Notes: generated from the sequence alone by a model not told the origin. DNA of 64,000 bases from Nostoc sp. (GCA_036918135.1 JBALDB010000048.1:32001-96000), one strand, 5' to 3'; shown: positions 20,413 through 30,225, counted from the first letter of the stretch. Made by a program: numbers and translations.

Positions 20413-20820
20413 CTATAGAATTGCTTGAAGGTCGAGAAGTAAATTTGGAATTCCGGCAATACCCGTACTTGCAGCACTCAAAACACTACCAAAAAAGGTA
20501 ATAACTTTACTAAAAAAAGCTATAGAATGATTGTAATCTTGAATCTGCTCAATAACCTTTTTTAATTTATCTTCAACACTGGCAATTTTACTTTGAAATG
20601 CTGCCATTGGTAAAACAATTCCGTCGAATATTTTAAGCGTTAAATCTTTAGCTTGTCTGCGAAGTGGTATTTCATATTGTTCGCCAATATTAAGATATTC
20701 CTTTTTACTTATTACCCCATCTGCTAATAGTTGGCTACGTCTTGCTAAAGATAAATCGACAATTTGATAAATTATTGTCCGACAACATTCAAAATCAGTA
20801 ACATCAGGCTTAGATGTCAT
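20413..20820 (-). CDS. Small helical protein with hydrophobic C-terminus; paralog of the upstream gene
   Basis: 135 aa; AAGGAG SD; coiled-coil followed by IAFFSKVITFFGSVLSAASTGIAGI. Confidence 0.75.
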   Translation of the reverse strand: MTSKPDVTDFECCRTIIYQIVDLSLARRSQLLADGVISKKEYLNIGEQYEIPLRRQAKDLTLKIFDGIVLPMAAFQSKIASVEDKLKKVIEQIQDYNHSIAFFSKVITFFGSVLSAASTGIAGIPNLLLDLQAIL

Positions 20821-20899
20821 ATTTTACTCCTTTGTAATAAATAGATAACAATCAGCGACTCAAAAAATCAATTGTTTAATTCATCTATTAGTTCACTTG

Positions 20900-21310
20900 T
20901 TAATAGTGATTGCAAATAGATGCAATATTATCAAGTACCTTGAAAGTATCTAGATATGTACCTTCAGTACTGATAAAATCATCAAAAAAATTCAATAATC
21001 TCCTAGATATTGCACTCAGTGTAGAAAAATCTTCACAATTGTCAATAACACTTTGAATTTTTTGAGTGACTATTTTAATTTCTTCTTGATAACTTGTTAC
21101 TGGACTTAAAATCTCTCGGTCAATTACAATCGCTATTTTGTCAGCAATTATAAATAGGGGTATTTCAATATCATCAAATATTTGATTGAATTCTTCTTTG
21201 CTGACATTTGTTTGAAATAAAAGCTTTGCACTTGTTTGTTGTACAAAAAGAATAGTTTGTAGAACTAAGTTACGACTGATTATTAAGTTATTACAATCTT
21301 GAATCATCAT
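20900..21310 (-). CDS. Small helical protein; paralog of the downstream gene
   Basis: GGGAG SD before ATG 21310. SKEEFNQIFDDIEIPL aligns with SKKEYLNIGEQYEIPL of the downstream gene. Confidence 0.7.
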   Translation of the reverse strand: MMIQDCNNLIISRNLVLQTILFVQQTSAKLLFQTNVSKEEFNQIFDDIEIPLFIIADKIAIVIDREILSPVTSYQEEIKIVTQKIQSVIDNCEDFSTLSAISRRLLNFFDDFISTEGTYLDTFKVLDNIASICNHY

Positions 21311-21356
21311 TATTTCACTCCCTGGAAGAATTAGTATTTGATATTTTGACGTTTGA

Positions 21357-22424
21357 TTACTCAATTTTTTCAAGCAATGGTTTTATAACTTTCAGATGTT
21401 TGACGATAATTGCTTGAACTCTTTGCATTGTTTCTGGTTTAATTTCCTGATGTCCCTTGTCTACAGTTTTGGTTTGAGATGGCTTGAATAATTCTTGACA
21501 GTAGTTGTCAAAATTTTCACCTGTTAGGGGAATATCATCATCTTTAGCCAATTCTTGTTTGAGGGATGCGTGTAACGATGCTAAATTCCTCAAAATTGCA
21601 CTATACGTTTGAGCTTTTTGCTTGCGATCGCGTACTAAGTCCATCGCATTGTTGTACTTTTCCTCCAAGGCCATGAAATCTAAAGGATTTTTCTTCAAAT
21701 CGTCTCCAAAGAGAGCAATATATTCGCTAAAGTAAGTACGAATACTGATTTCTTCTTCAGCTAGCAGTCCATTGACGTAAACTTTGTTGGCGATCGCGAT
21801 TAGTCCGCCTGGTTCGGGTTGTCCTGCAACTGCACCTTTACCCTTGATATAAGCTTGAATATCGCTATCTGTGCATAAAATTGCTTGCTTTAACTTGTTG
21901 CGGCGCATTTCCTTTGTAAATAAGTTAGTCAAAAATTTAGCGATCGCAACTCCAGCCTGTACCTCTTCTGGTTTAAACACAGCTTGTGGTGCTGTCCGAG
22001 ATGAGGAGAACTTAAGATTAGTCAGCGAATCCCCAAGATTTTTGTAACTTTCGTCAAAGGAAATAGGTTTTCCTTTCTCGCTTTCTCCTTTAGCAACAAG
22101 AATAAGAGCATTCATGTAATCAATCAAAACCTGATTTGCATCCCCCATCACCAAAGATATTTGCTGATAATTCTCATTACAGAATTTTTCTTCTGGTTGT
22201 CGCTCGCTTAATATAGTAGGCGAACCTGGCGTTCCGAAGAATTTAGTTGCTCTAATACATGAACCATACATATCTGTTGAGATATCTTTAGCAGCAACAT
22301 CTAAGTTTTCAACTGCCTGATTAACATTTTCCAATGAAGGAATATCGCGTCCACAACTAGACATTAAAAGCCAAAGTGCTAACAATGTTAGAGTTTTATG
22401 AGATTTAGAAAAATTATGTTTCAA
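21357..22424 (-). CDS. Uncharacterised helical lipoprotein
   Basis: Basic N-region, hydrophobic core and lipobox-like LMSS|C. TTG start with AAGGA SD. Long amphipathic helices. Confidence 0.8.
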   Translation of the reverse strand: MKHNFSKSHKTLTLLALWLLMSSCGRDIPSLENVNQAVENLDVAAKDISTDMYGSCIRATKFFGTPGSPTILSERQPEEKFCNENYQQISLVMGDANQVLIDYMNALILVAKGESEKGKPISFDESYKNLGDSLTNLKFSSSRTAPQAVFKPEEVQAGVAIAKFLTNLFTKEMRRNKLKQAILCTDSDIQAYIKGKGAVAGQPEPGGLIAIANKVYVNGLLAEEEISIRTYFSEYIALFGDDLKKNPLDFMALEEKYNNAMDLVRDRKQKAQTYSAILRNLASLHASLKQELAKDDDIPLTGENFDNYCQELFKPSQTKTVDKGHQEIKPETMQRVQAIIVKHLKVIKPLLEKIE

Positions 22425-22507
22425 TTAACAAGTTCCTTCGCCTGCGAATATAACTAACTCATCTGGATTAAGCTAAATAATTAAGTTAATCCAGATGCTT
22501 TTATGTA

Positions 22508-24070
22508 TTAAAAGATTCTAATGAATCCGGCTACATCTACTATTTCTCTTGTAAAGTTGCCACTACGGTTTCCCCTATTACCTTCAGATGTTTGAATAGT
22601 AGAACTTCCGGGAGTGTATCCTCTGACAATACCTATGTGATCGAGTTGTGAATTATTTCTTTGCCAATCGAAAACAGCTATATCTCCACGCTGAGGAACT
22701 ATACTTCCTTTAAGATTCCAGTAACCATTCTTTTTAGCCCAGAATTTCCAAGACTCGACTAAAGCCATTGTTGCCCAAAAACCTTGCGGTTGGATCGGGA
22801 CATTTATATTAGTTTTTCGACAACAGAAATGAACAAAAGCAGCACACCAATCATAAAGAACTGGATTTAATGTACTAATTTGACGTACACCTTGTCGATC
22901 CACGATATCAAACATTGGTTTCCGAAAAGTCTCAAGATACTTTTCAGCTTCAGAACTTCCACCTGTCCATTGAAGCTGTTTAGCAGCTTCATTTTCGGCA
23001 AAACTAGCTAGTTTAATTCGGGGATTTTCTGGTGCAATAACAACAATATTATCGTCAAAACTATTGCTTAATTCTTTCCAAGTTTGAGTATAAACCTCTC
23101 CATCAACTGTAATACCTGCTTTAGTTTGGAAAGCTCTAACAGCATTTTCTGTAATAGTGCCAAAATCTCCATCAACATCTCCAACATTAAATCCTAGAGT
23201 ATTAAGAACTTTTTGTAATGCCTCAACATCTTTTCCTTTAGTACCTTGACGTAAAATACGAGTCAAAGGTGGTAAATCAAAATCAGTAGGTTGACTTCCT
23301 CCAGTATTGACTAAAGGTTGACTGTTATAAATTAAATTCCAAGCCTGACTGTGTTCTAATGTTCCATTTCTCAATTCAGGTAAACGATAGATTGAAGAAC
23401 CAGGAAAACGATTGAGATAAGATTGAAGTTCTGAAGCACTAGCAGGATTTTTTGAGTCTGTTTCTGAACCCCAAATTGGTAATATAGGTTTAGTTAATCC
23501 TTTATCTTTATGGGCTTTCAGACACTCTTGAACTTCTTCTTCATTAGTGGCTTTAAAGCCAAATTTTTCAAAGTAAATTTGAGGTAAGGCAATATCGCAA
23601 AAATCATCTAAAATTTTCCAAGGAACTTCAGGATGAAAACCTGGATGACCAAAACTGGTATATCCTAATGTTCCTGTTGGCACTAAAGGACGAAGCCCTA
23701 TAAGTAAGTCTTTAATATTATTATGTGTACTAGCTGCTTTGACTTCCTCTTCAACATCAAGTACATAGCCATCCAATCCACATTTTAGAGCTTGCTTAAC
23801 TGCTTGTATTTGTTCACTAATATCATCAGTTCCATAGTGATAACCCCATCCGTAAACTTGAATATCGTTGTCTTGAAACTGTTTAATAACTTCTAAAGTA
23901 CATTGGTCGCCTCCAAAAGTTGGGTTTTTAGCCCAAAACATAACTCTACTTTTGCCATCAAATACTTTGAGATATACTCGTTTGACTTTGCACTCAATTA
24001 ATCTGTTTAAATAATTACTACTTAATGCTGGAAGATTCCAAATCCAGACTCCATGAGGATGTTCAGCCAT
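22508..24070 (-). CDS. Modular peptidoglycan hydrolase: TIM-barrel glycosidase-like domain, PG_binding_1 and CHAP; no signal peptide
   Basis: GLDGYVLDVE (DxE); LRQGTKGKDVEALQ..DGDFGTITENAVRAFQ..VDG; WCAAFV..GDIAVF..DHIGIV..EGN. Confidence 0.85.
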   Translation of the reverse strand: MAEHPHGVWIWNLPALSSNYLNRLIECKVKRVYLKVFDGKSRVMFWAKNPTFGGDQCTLEVIKQFQDNDIQVYGWGYHYGTDDISEQIQAVKQALKCGLDGYVLDVEEEVKAASTHNNIKDLLIGLRPLVPTGTLGYTSFGHPGFHPEVPWKILDDFCDIALPQIYFEKFGFKATNEEEVQECLKAHKDKGLTKPILPIWGSETDSKNPASASELQSYLNRFPGSSIYRLPELRNGTLEHSQAWNLIYNSQPLVNTGGSQPTDFDLPPLTRILRQGTKGKDVEALQKVLNTLGFNVGDVDGDFGTITENAVRAFQTKAGITVDGEVYTQTWKELSNSFDDNIVVIAPENPRIKLASFAENEAAKQLQWTGGSSEAEKYLETFRKPMFDIVDRQGVRQISTLNPVLYDWCAAFVHFCCRKTNINVPIQPQGFWATMALVESWKFWAKKNGYWNLKGSIVPQRGDIAVFDWQRNNSQLDHIGIVRGYTPGSSTIQTSEGNRGNRSGNFTREIVDVAGFIRIF

Positions 24071-24217
24071 ATTTACCTTCTTTATGTAATTAGGTTATAA
24101 ATCTTGGATAATGCTTGATTTGCTAGCGATCGCCTGACTGCACTCGTTTAATTATTGTGCAGACTTCTTGCTAGAACTACTTATATAAATACTCTAGTGC
24201 CTAATATCAAGTTTGAC

Positions 24218-24245
24218 GGTCGGAAAAGGTCGGAAAAAAGTCGGA
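24218..24245. promoter_or_regulatory. Triple direct repeat with GTCGGA core upstream of the hydrolase operon
   Basis: GGTCGGAAAA GGTCGGAAAA AAGTCGGA, about 150 bp before the start codon. Confidence 0.45.
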
Positions 24246-24592
24246 TATTGTTAATGTATTTATAGACATTAAGCTTTTATCGATGATAAAAACATATACA
24301 AATCTCTTATCCGGAATCACCTAATGCCCGTTAATAACATCATTAGTCACTACGATCGACCCAAAAAATAAAACTGCGTAGGTTGGGAAAACCCCCTGTC
24401 TTTGCAGTGACTCCCCAACCTACATCAGTTTTAGTTTTTGTTCTTAACTGAACTGTATTGTTATCTGTGTGTAAATTTATAAATTACGAATAATATCATG
24501 CTCGGATATTATACTTGTGATTGCGCTCGCAATAACGTTTTATAAGTCCTCAACCGAACATAATATTATTCAACCAGGATAGTTATCTTAAT

Positions 24593-25672
24593 CTACTTGC
24601 TGACGCTAGCGAAACCAGCCCGCTCAATTGCTTTTTGCCCCTCGGCAGTTAATAAAAGTTTGGCGTAGGCATCCCCAATTTTCTGTTCTCGACCTTTATT
24701 CTGCTTAATAATCACAAACAAGTCAGTAGTAATTGGATATTTACGATTTTTAATATCCTCAGTATTTACTTGATTGCGCTGACTTAAGCAATTCTCAGGT
24801 GACGCCGAAGAGCTGCGGTAGGGGGAAATTAGCTTACCAGAAGTGAGACCTAATGGCAAAGCTTTTACAGTACACTGAGGTACTACTGAACGGGCAGAAG
24901 CGTAATAAACGCCACCAGGGGTTTTACTGAGTTGGCGTACCGCTTCTGTAGTAGAGTAGACATACTGTACATCTGAGCTAAGCGCTTGCCCTTTTAAGTT
25001 ATTATTGCTAGAGAATATTACTGTATCTGCGTTTTGTGCTCGTTGTGAGAAAGGTATAATAGGTAGATCTGGCCCGCCTACTTGCCGCCAGTTAGTAATT
25101 TGCCCAGTATAAATCTGCTGCAATTGGTTAACAGTTAAACTCGGCACATTCAGTGATGGGTTGACTACCACTGCTATTCCATCAATACCTACCTGACGTT
25201 GCTCAAGGGTGAAGCCTCGTTCTTTTGCCATCGCTTGTTCTTCATCTGTAAGCGGACGAGAAGACTGAGCAAAGTCGAGTTGTCCATCAAGCAACATCCG
25301 AATACCTGAGCTAGAACTAGGGCTATCCTTAATAGGGTCTACGTAGCGTAATTTTAATTCAGGGCGATCGCTCTGGATCTGAGAATCTACTAATTGCCGG
25401 ATAGATGCCCAAGCTGTACTACCACCGTAGTTAAATGAGCCGGTAGGCACACCTGCAATTGTCTCAAAAGTTGATGCTCCAGTAGAGGGAGTCTTTAAAC
25501 TTTGCTCGGAGTAAGAGTCAGCATTCTTGCTGGCTGTTAAGTTTGGCCTCAGTAACCACCAAAGCAATCCGCCAATAACTATAATTGTCAGTACTTTACC
25601 AATAATCAAACCTCTAAGAAAGAGGCCAATTTCGCCGTTAATTAAAGCTCTTCTTTGATTTGTATTGTCCAT
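24593..25672 (-). CDS. PstS-family phosphate-binding protein with N-terminal TM anchor
   Basis: YGGSTAW, FAQSSRPL, VGIDGIAVVVNP and LQQIYTGQITNWRQVGG. Confidence 0.88.
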   Translation of the reverse strand: MDNTNQRRALINGEIGLFLRGLIIGKVLTIIVIGGLLWWLLRPNLTASKNADSYSEQSLKTPSTGASTFETIAGVPTGSFNYGGSTAWASIRQLVDSQIQSDRPELKLRYVDPIKDSPSSSSGIRMLLDGQLDFAQSSRPLTDEEQAMAKERGFTLEQRQVGIDGIAVVVNPSLNVPSLTVNQLQQIYTGQITNWRQVGGPDLPIIPFSQRAQNADTVIFSSNNNLKGQALSSDVQYVYSTTEAVRQLSKTPGGVYYASARSVVPQCTVKALPLGLTSGKLISPYRSSSASPENCLSQRNQVNTEDIKNRKYPITTDLFVIIKQNKGREQKIGDAYAKLLLTAEGQKAIERAGFASVSK

Positions 25673-25777
25673 ATCTTTAACTTTTGTTTAGTAATTGTAT
25701 TTATACTACAGTAATTTCTAGGTATTTATCCTAGAAAAATCTCTTGATATTTAAGTTTTAAGTAAAGATTTAATCAA

Positions 25778-25909
25778 TAAAGTAGAACGACGTGAAAAAA
25801 TCAAACTATGTAAAAGCAAATAAAATAGGTCAAAACCTTCTTCCCTTCTGCTTTCTGGCTCCTGTCTCCCGCTATATCTTAATAATAAATACTCACCCCG
25901 ACCTACTTA
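25778..25909. mobile_element. Degenerate MITE-like element
   Basis: The ends AAGTAGAACGACGTGA and TCACCCCGACCTACTTA are imperfect inverted repeats. Further repeat relics follow to about 26215. Confidence 0.4.
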
Positions 25910-26232
25910 GTTAACAACCAGTTTTCAAATTGCTAAGAAGATGTTTGTAAAGTATACGATTATATCAGTATCCCCCTTGTCCCCTACACTCACGAGGGAA
26001 TAGGGGTTTTAAAGCCTCTCTTCGTTTCTCTGAGACATTTGAAGAGGGATTTTTAGTATACTTAATGACTTTCCAAACAACCTCTTACAAGTTCCTCCTT
26101 ATCGGAGGGATCTAGGTTTCAAATTTCAGTTAGTTACAAGTAATAACCTGCTCAAATGACTCCTTAATTTAAGGAATAATTAGGAGGAGCTAAACTTTTT
26201 AAAACATCTTCTAATAGGTGGTTAACTGTTTG

Positions 26233-27486
26233 TTATATGGGGAAATTTAATTTGCTCTTTGGTAATCTTTTCAATGGTGCAATTGCTTTTATCGAGTCGC
26301 TTTTGGCTACTAAAGCATTCACATTAGTTAAGCTTGACCGATGGAAAATCTTTTCTATAATATTTTTTAATTCAGTAGGTTGATTTGGAAATGATATATT
26401 GGTATTAAGAAATGTATAAATTAAAATTAATACTATTAAACTAGTGCTAGCTCCAAGTCCGATACCTAGCAATAAAAGAAAGTTTCTATAAGTTCCCAAA
26501 TAGTTATTAACAGTTTTTTGGTTTATGCCAGCATTTGATGATTGTGACCAGACAAAATCGGAATTAAGTGCTTGCAGAACTTCCGTTGCTGACTGGTAAC
26601 GCTGGCTATGGCGATCGCAAATCATTTTGTCTAAAATATCTGCAAAAGCATCGCTAACCTGTGCTTGATGACGCCAGATAACTTCTCCGTTATTGGGATC
26701 TTCTTGTAGTTGGTCGGGTCTTAAGCCTGTGAGAGCTTGAATGCCAATCATACCCACTGCATAGATATCGCTGCAAAGTTTTGGCTTTCCCTTAGCCTGT
26801 TCGCTTGGCATATAACCAGGAGTTCCAACCACAACTGTTAAACTCGGTCCTAAACCACTAATTTTTTTAATACTGCCAAAGTCTATTAACACAATTTTGC
26901 CATCCGAGTGCCGCCGCATTAAATTTTGGGGCTTAATATCTCGGTGAATAATGTTATTTTCATGCACGAAGACTAACACTTCCAAGATGTCTTTTAATAA
27001 AATCAAGACTGCATTTTCACTTTGACATTGACCTGGGATAATTTCTTGAGTCAAGGGATGACCATCAATATATTCTTGGACTAAATAGAAATCCCGATTT
27101 TCATGAAAATGGGCAAATAGTCTCGGAATTTGATCGTGGTCGTTGCCTAGCTGATATAAAACTTCTGCTTCCCGGTCAAATAATTTTTTTGCAATCTTAC
27201 TAACATTAGGATTAGTGTCTTTTGGGTGGAAATGTTTGACAACACAATGGGGTCGCCCTGGTAAATCTAGGTCTCTGGCTAAGTAGGTATCCCCAGATCC
27301 TCCACTTCCCAACTGTTTGATTATCTCAAAGCGATTCCGAAGTATTTTTCTAATAATAGACTTTTGATATTTATTACGTATTGCACTTGCTAACAAGTAG
27401 TTTTTACCATCTTCTGAGCTTTCCAACACTTTTACAGTCTCAAAGCTACTCCTGAATGTTTTTTTGATCAGAGGGTTTTGGCTCAT
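26233..27486 (-). CDS. Hanks-type Ser/Thr protein kinase with C-terminal TM segment
   Basis: LGSGGSG, CVVK, HRDIKPQN, DFG and GTPGYMPSEQ. Confidence 0.92.
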   Translation of the reverse strand: MSQNPLIKKTFRSSFETVKVLESSEDGKNYLLASAIRNKYQKSIIRKILRNRFEIIKQLGSGGSGDTYLARDLDLPGRPHCVVKHFHPKDTNPNVSKIAKKLFDREAEVLYQLGNDHDQIPRLFAHFHENRDFYLVQEYIDGHPLTQEIIPGQCQSENAVLILLKDILEVLVFVHENNIIHRDIKPQNLMRRHSDGKIVLIDFGSIKKISGLGPSLTVVVGTPGYMPSEQAKGKPKLCSDIYAVGMIGIQALTGLRPDQLQEDPNNGEVIWRHQAQVSDAFADILDKMICDRHSQRYQSATEVLQALNSDFVWSQSSNAGINQKTVNNYLGTYRNFLLLLGIGLGASTSLIVLILIYTFLNTNISFPNQPTELKNIIEKIFHRSSLTNVNALVAKSDSIKAIAPLKRLPKSKLNFPI

Positions 27487-27689
27487 TTAGCATATACTAC
27501 GTGTAAAATTAGTACCAATTCAGAGCTTGAGTGAGAGGATGAATGCTTGCGGCTTGATTAGTTTATTTCACATCAATACTCACTTCTTCAGTAATTTTAG
27601 CAAAAAATAGCCAGAGAATATTTTTTTTTATTACTCCCTAAGAGAGAATACGACAACACAGATTAAGTGTTTGACTCAGTACTAAAAAT

Positions 27690-27713
27690 AAAAAAGCCCC
27701 CATTAGGGGGTTT
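27690..27713 (-). terminator. Intrinsic terminator of the cox operon
   Basis: Minus strand reads AACCCCC-TAAT-GGGGGCT followed by a T run. Confidence 0.65.
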
Positions 27714-27755
27714 ATCAAGTTGTTCGCGTGGAGTGAACAACTAAGTAATTAATAC

Positions 27756-28382
27756 TCACAGTAAATACAGCAATCCGAACAAAATAATCCAAATTACATC
27801 AACAAAGTGCCAGTAAATTTCAGCAGCTTCGATACCGAAGTGTTTTTCGCTACTATAGTGACCTTTGATGCGCGATCGCCACAATACAGCAACAATCGCT
27901 AAAACGCCGATGGTTACGTGCAGTCCGTGGAAACCAGTCAAAACGTAAAATGCACTAGCAAATAAATTGGTAGTTAAACCAAATTCTAGATGTGTATATT
28001 CATATACTTGTCCTACTAAGAAAATAGCACCCATTGCAGCGGTAATTGCTAACCAAATTCGCGCACCTCGTGTATCGTTCTTTTTAATAGCAGTGTCAGC
28101 ATTGTGCATAACAAAACTACTAGCAATCAGATTGACGGTGTTAACTCCGGGTAGCAATAGTTCTAACTCTGGGGTACCTGCTGGCGGCCAAACAGTTAAG
28201 GTAGCACGGAAAGCCAGATAGGCTCCGAACAGCCCGATAAAAATCATCCCTTCAGCAATCAGGAAGACAATTAGCCCAAATAACCGATGATCTGGATGTT
28301 CTTCATGATGGCTGACGGCTGCTTCTGCTGCATGGTGATGATTTAGTTCAGTTTTAGCTGGGTCAATTGTTTGACTTTGCAT
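27756..28382 (-). CDS. coxC: Cytochrome c oxidase subunit III
   Basis: LTGFHGLHV and YWHFVDVIW. Start MQSQ at 28382; the longer ORF extension is STRR sequence. Confidence 0.95.
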   Translation of the reverse strand: MQSQTIDPAKTELNHHHAAEAAVSHHEEHPDHRLFGLIVFLIAEGMIFIGLFGAYLAFRATLTVWPPAGTPELELLLPGVNTVNLIASSFVMHNADTAIKKNDTRGARIWLAITAAMGAIFLVGQVYEYTHLEFGLTTNLFASAFYVLTGFHGLHVTIGVLAIVAVLWRSRIKGHYSSEKHFGIEAAEIYWHFVDVIWIILFGLLYLL

Positions 28383-28399
28383 GAATCTTGATAAATGTA

Positions 28400-28488
28400 G
28401 AGTGGGGAATTGGGATTTGGGATTTGGGATTGGGAATTGGGGATTGGAAAATAGTATTTTTAATCTGATTCCCCAGTCCCCAGTCCCT
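28400..28488. repeat. STRR tracts (GGGAATT / CCCCAGT)
   Basis: Tandem heptamers in the coxA-coxC spacer. Confidence 0.75.
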
Positions 28489-30225
28489 TTATTTCCGGTC
28501 TTCAGGATTAGCAGCAACCGCTGGATCGGGTTCTGCTCTTAATACCGAGTTGGGCCCAGCAGACAAGATTGGATTAGGGTCAGATAAAGGTACACCTTCT
28601 TTAGCCTTTTCCAAGCCGTAGTCGTAGGGGCCTGTAACCAGTACTGGGGTTACTTCAAAATTTTCGATCGCTGGCGGTGAGGTAGTCATCCACTCTAAGG
28701 TTAGTGCCCTCCAGGGATTATTACCAGCTTTCTCTCCGTACAACCAACTCCAAATTGCATTAATGATGAAGGGAAATGTCGAGACTGCCAGGATATAAGC
28801 ACCATAGGTACATATTTCGTTGATAAATGCGAATTTGGGGTCATATTGGGCAACACGGCGGTTCATGCCCATCATTCCTAGCTTGTGCATAGGTAAGAAG
28901 GTCATGTTTAGACCGACGATCGTCAAGGCAAAGTGAACCTTACCCCAAAATTCATTTAGCATCCGTCCGGTCATTTTCGGGAACCAGTGGTAAATTGCTC
29001 CATAAATGCCGAGAACGCTACCACCAAATAGAACGTAGTGCAAGTGTGCGACTACAAAATAGGTATCGTGGACGTGAATATCAAAGGGAACTGCTGCCAA
29101 CATCACGCCACTGATTCCACCAATCACAAAGGTGCCAACAAAGCCCATTGCGAATAGCATGGCGGAGTTAAGTTGAATTTTTCCGCCCCACATGGTTGCC
29201 AACCAGCTAAATATTTTAATTCCAGTGGGTACGGCAATGATCATGGTGGTAATCATGAAGAACATCCGTAGCCAACCAGGGATACCACTGGTAAACATGT
29301 GGTGCGCCCAAACGATTAGCCCCAAAAAGCTGATGGCTAAGGAGGAGTAAGCGATCGCTTTATAACCAAAAATCGGCTTGCGGGAATGCACGGGGATAAT
29401 TTCTGAAATTGCCCCAAAAAAAGGCAAAATCATAATGTAAACTGCTGGGTGTGAGTAAAACCAGAACATATGCTGGTACACAACGGGATCGCCGCCCCCA
29501 GTGGGATTAAAAAATGTCGTCCCGGCAATTAAGTCAAAAGCTAGTAGAATTAGACCTGCTGCTAACACTGGCGTAGATACCAAAGTCAGTGCTGAAGTAG
29601 CCAGCATCGCCCAACAGAATAAGGGCAATTGATTGAAACCCAAACCTGGGATACGCATCCTCAGCATTGTGACCAGGAAATTGATTGCCCCCAAAATCGA
29701 TGATGTACCGAGTAGGAGGACACTCATAATCCAAATTCCCTCACCGACTTGACCTGTTACTAAGCTCAGGGGAGGGTAAGAAGTCCAACCGGCATCGGGT
29801 GCATCACCGACTAGTAAACTAGCAATCAGCAACAAACCAGAAGGCGGAATCATCCAAAAGGCAACAGCATTCAAGCGTGGGAATGCCATATCCTTTGCCC
29901 CAATCATCAAGGGGATTAAGAAGTTAGCAAAACCCGCACCAGCTGGCACAATCCACAAAAAAATCATGATTGTAGCGTGCAGCGTAAATAAGCTGTTGTA
30001 TACTTCCGGAGTAACAAAATCTACTTCTGGCGTTCGCAGTTCTGTACGAACTAAGTCAGCTAACACGCCGCCTATACAGTAGAAAATGAATGTTGTGACT
30101 AGGTATTGAATCGCAATTACCTTATGGTCGGTGTTGAACGTAAAGTAATCTTGCCATTTTCTCACTGGTGGTTCTTCACCATGAGCTGGGATATTGGCAG
30201 TTTCTTGCAGCTGAGCTTGTGTCAT
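28489..30225 (-). CDS. coxA: Cytochrome c oxidase subunit I (aa3 type)
   Basis: TDHK, WFYSHPAVY, WAHHMF and VVAHLHYV. Start MTQAQ. Confidence 0.97.
   Translation of the reverse strand: MTQAQLQETANIPAHGEEPPVRKWQDYFTFNTDHKVIAIQYLVTTFIFYCIGGVLADLVRTELRTPEVDFVTPEVYNSLFTLHATIMIFLWIVPAGAGFANFLIPLMIGAKDMAFPRLNAVAFWMIPPSGLLLIASLLVGDAPDAGWTSYPPLSLVTGQVGEGIWIMSVLLLGTSSILGAINFLVTMLRMRIPGLGFNQLPLFCWAMLATSALTLVSTPVLAAGLILLAFDLIAGTTFFNPTGGGDPVVYQHMFWFYSHPAVYIMILPFFGAISEIIPVHSRKPIFGYKAIAYSSLAISFLGLIVWAHHMFTSGIPGWLRMFFMITTMIIAVPTGIKIFSWLATMWGGKIQLNSAMLFAMGFVGTFVIGGISGVMLAAVPFDIHVHDTYFVVAHLHYVLFGGSVLGIYGAIYHWFPKMTGRMLNEFWGKVHFALTIVGLNMTFLPMHKLGMMGMNRRVAQYDPKFAFINEICTYGAYILAVSTFPFIINAIWSWLYGEKAGNNPWRALTLEWMTTSPPAIENFEVTPVLVTGPYDYGLEKAKEGVPLSDPNPILSAGPNSVLRAEPDPAVAANPEDRK

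Noticed and set aside
20413..24070. Prophage interpretation of the hydrolase cassette
   Set aside because: No integrase, terminase, capsid or tail genes and no att-like repeats were seen in the window.
28383..28517. N-terminal extensions of coxC (also coxA 30226-30276 and cobT 47362-47424)
   Set aside because: These are translations of STRR heptamer tracts; family-typical starts lie downstream.
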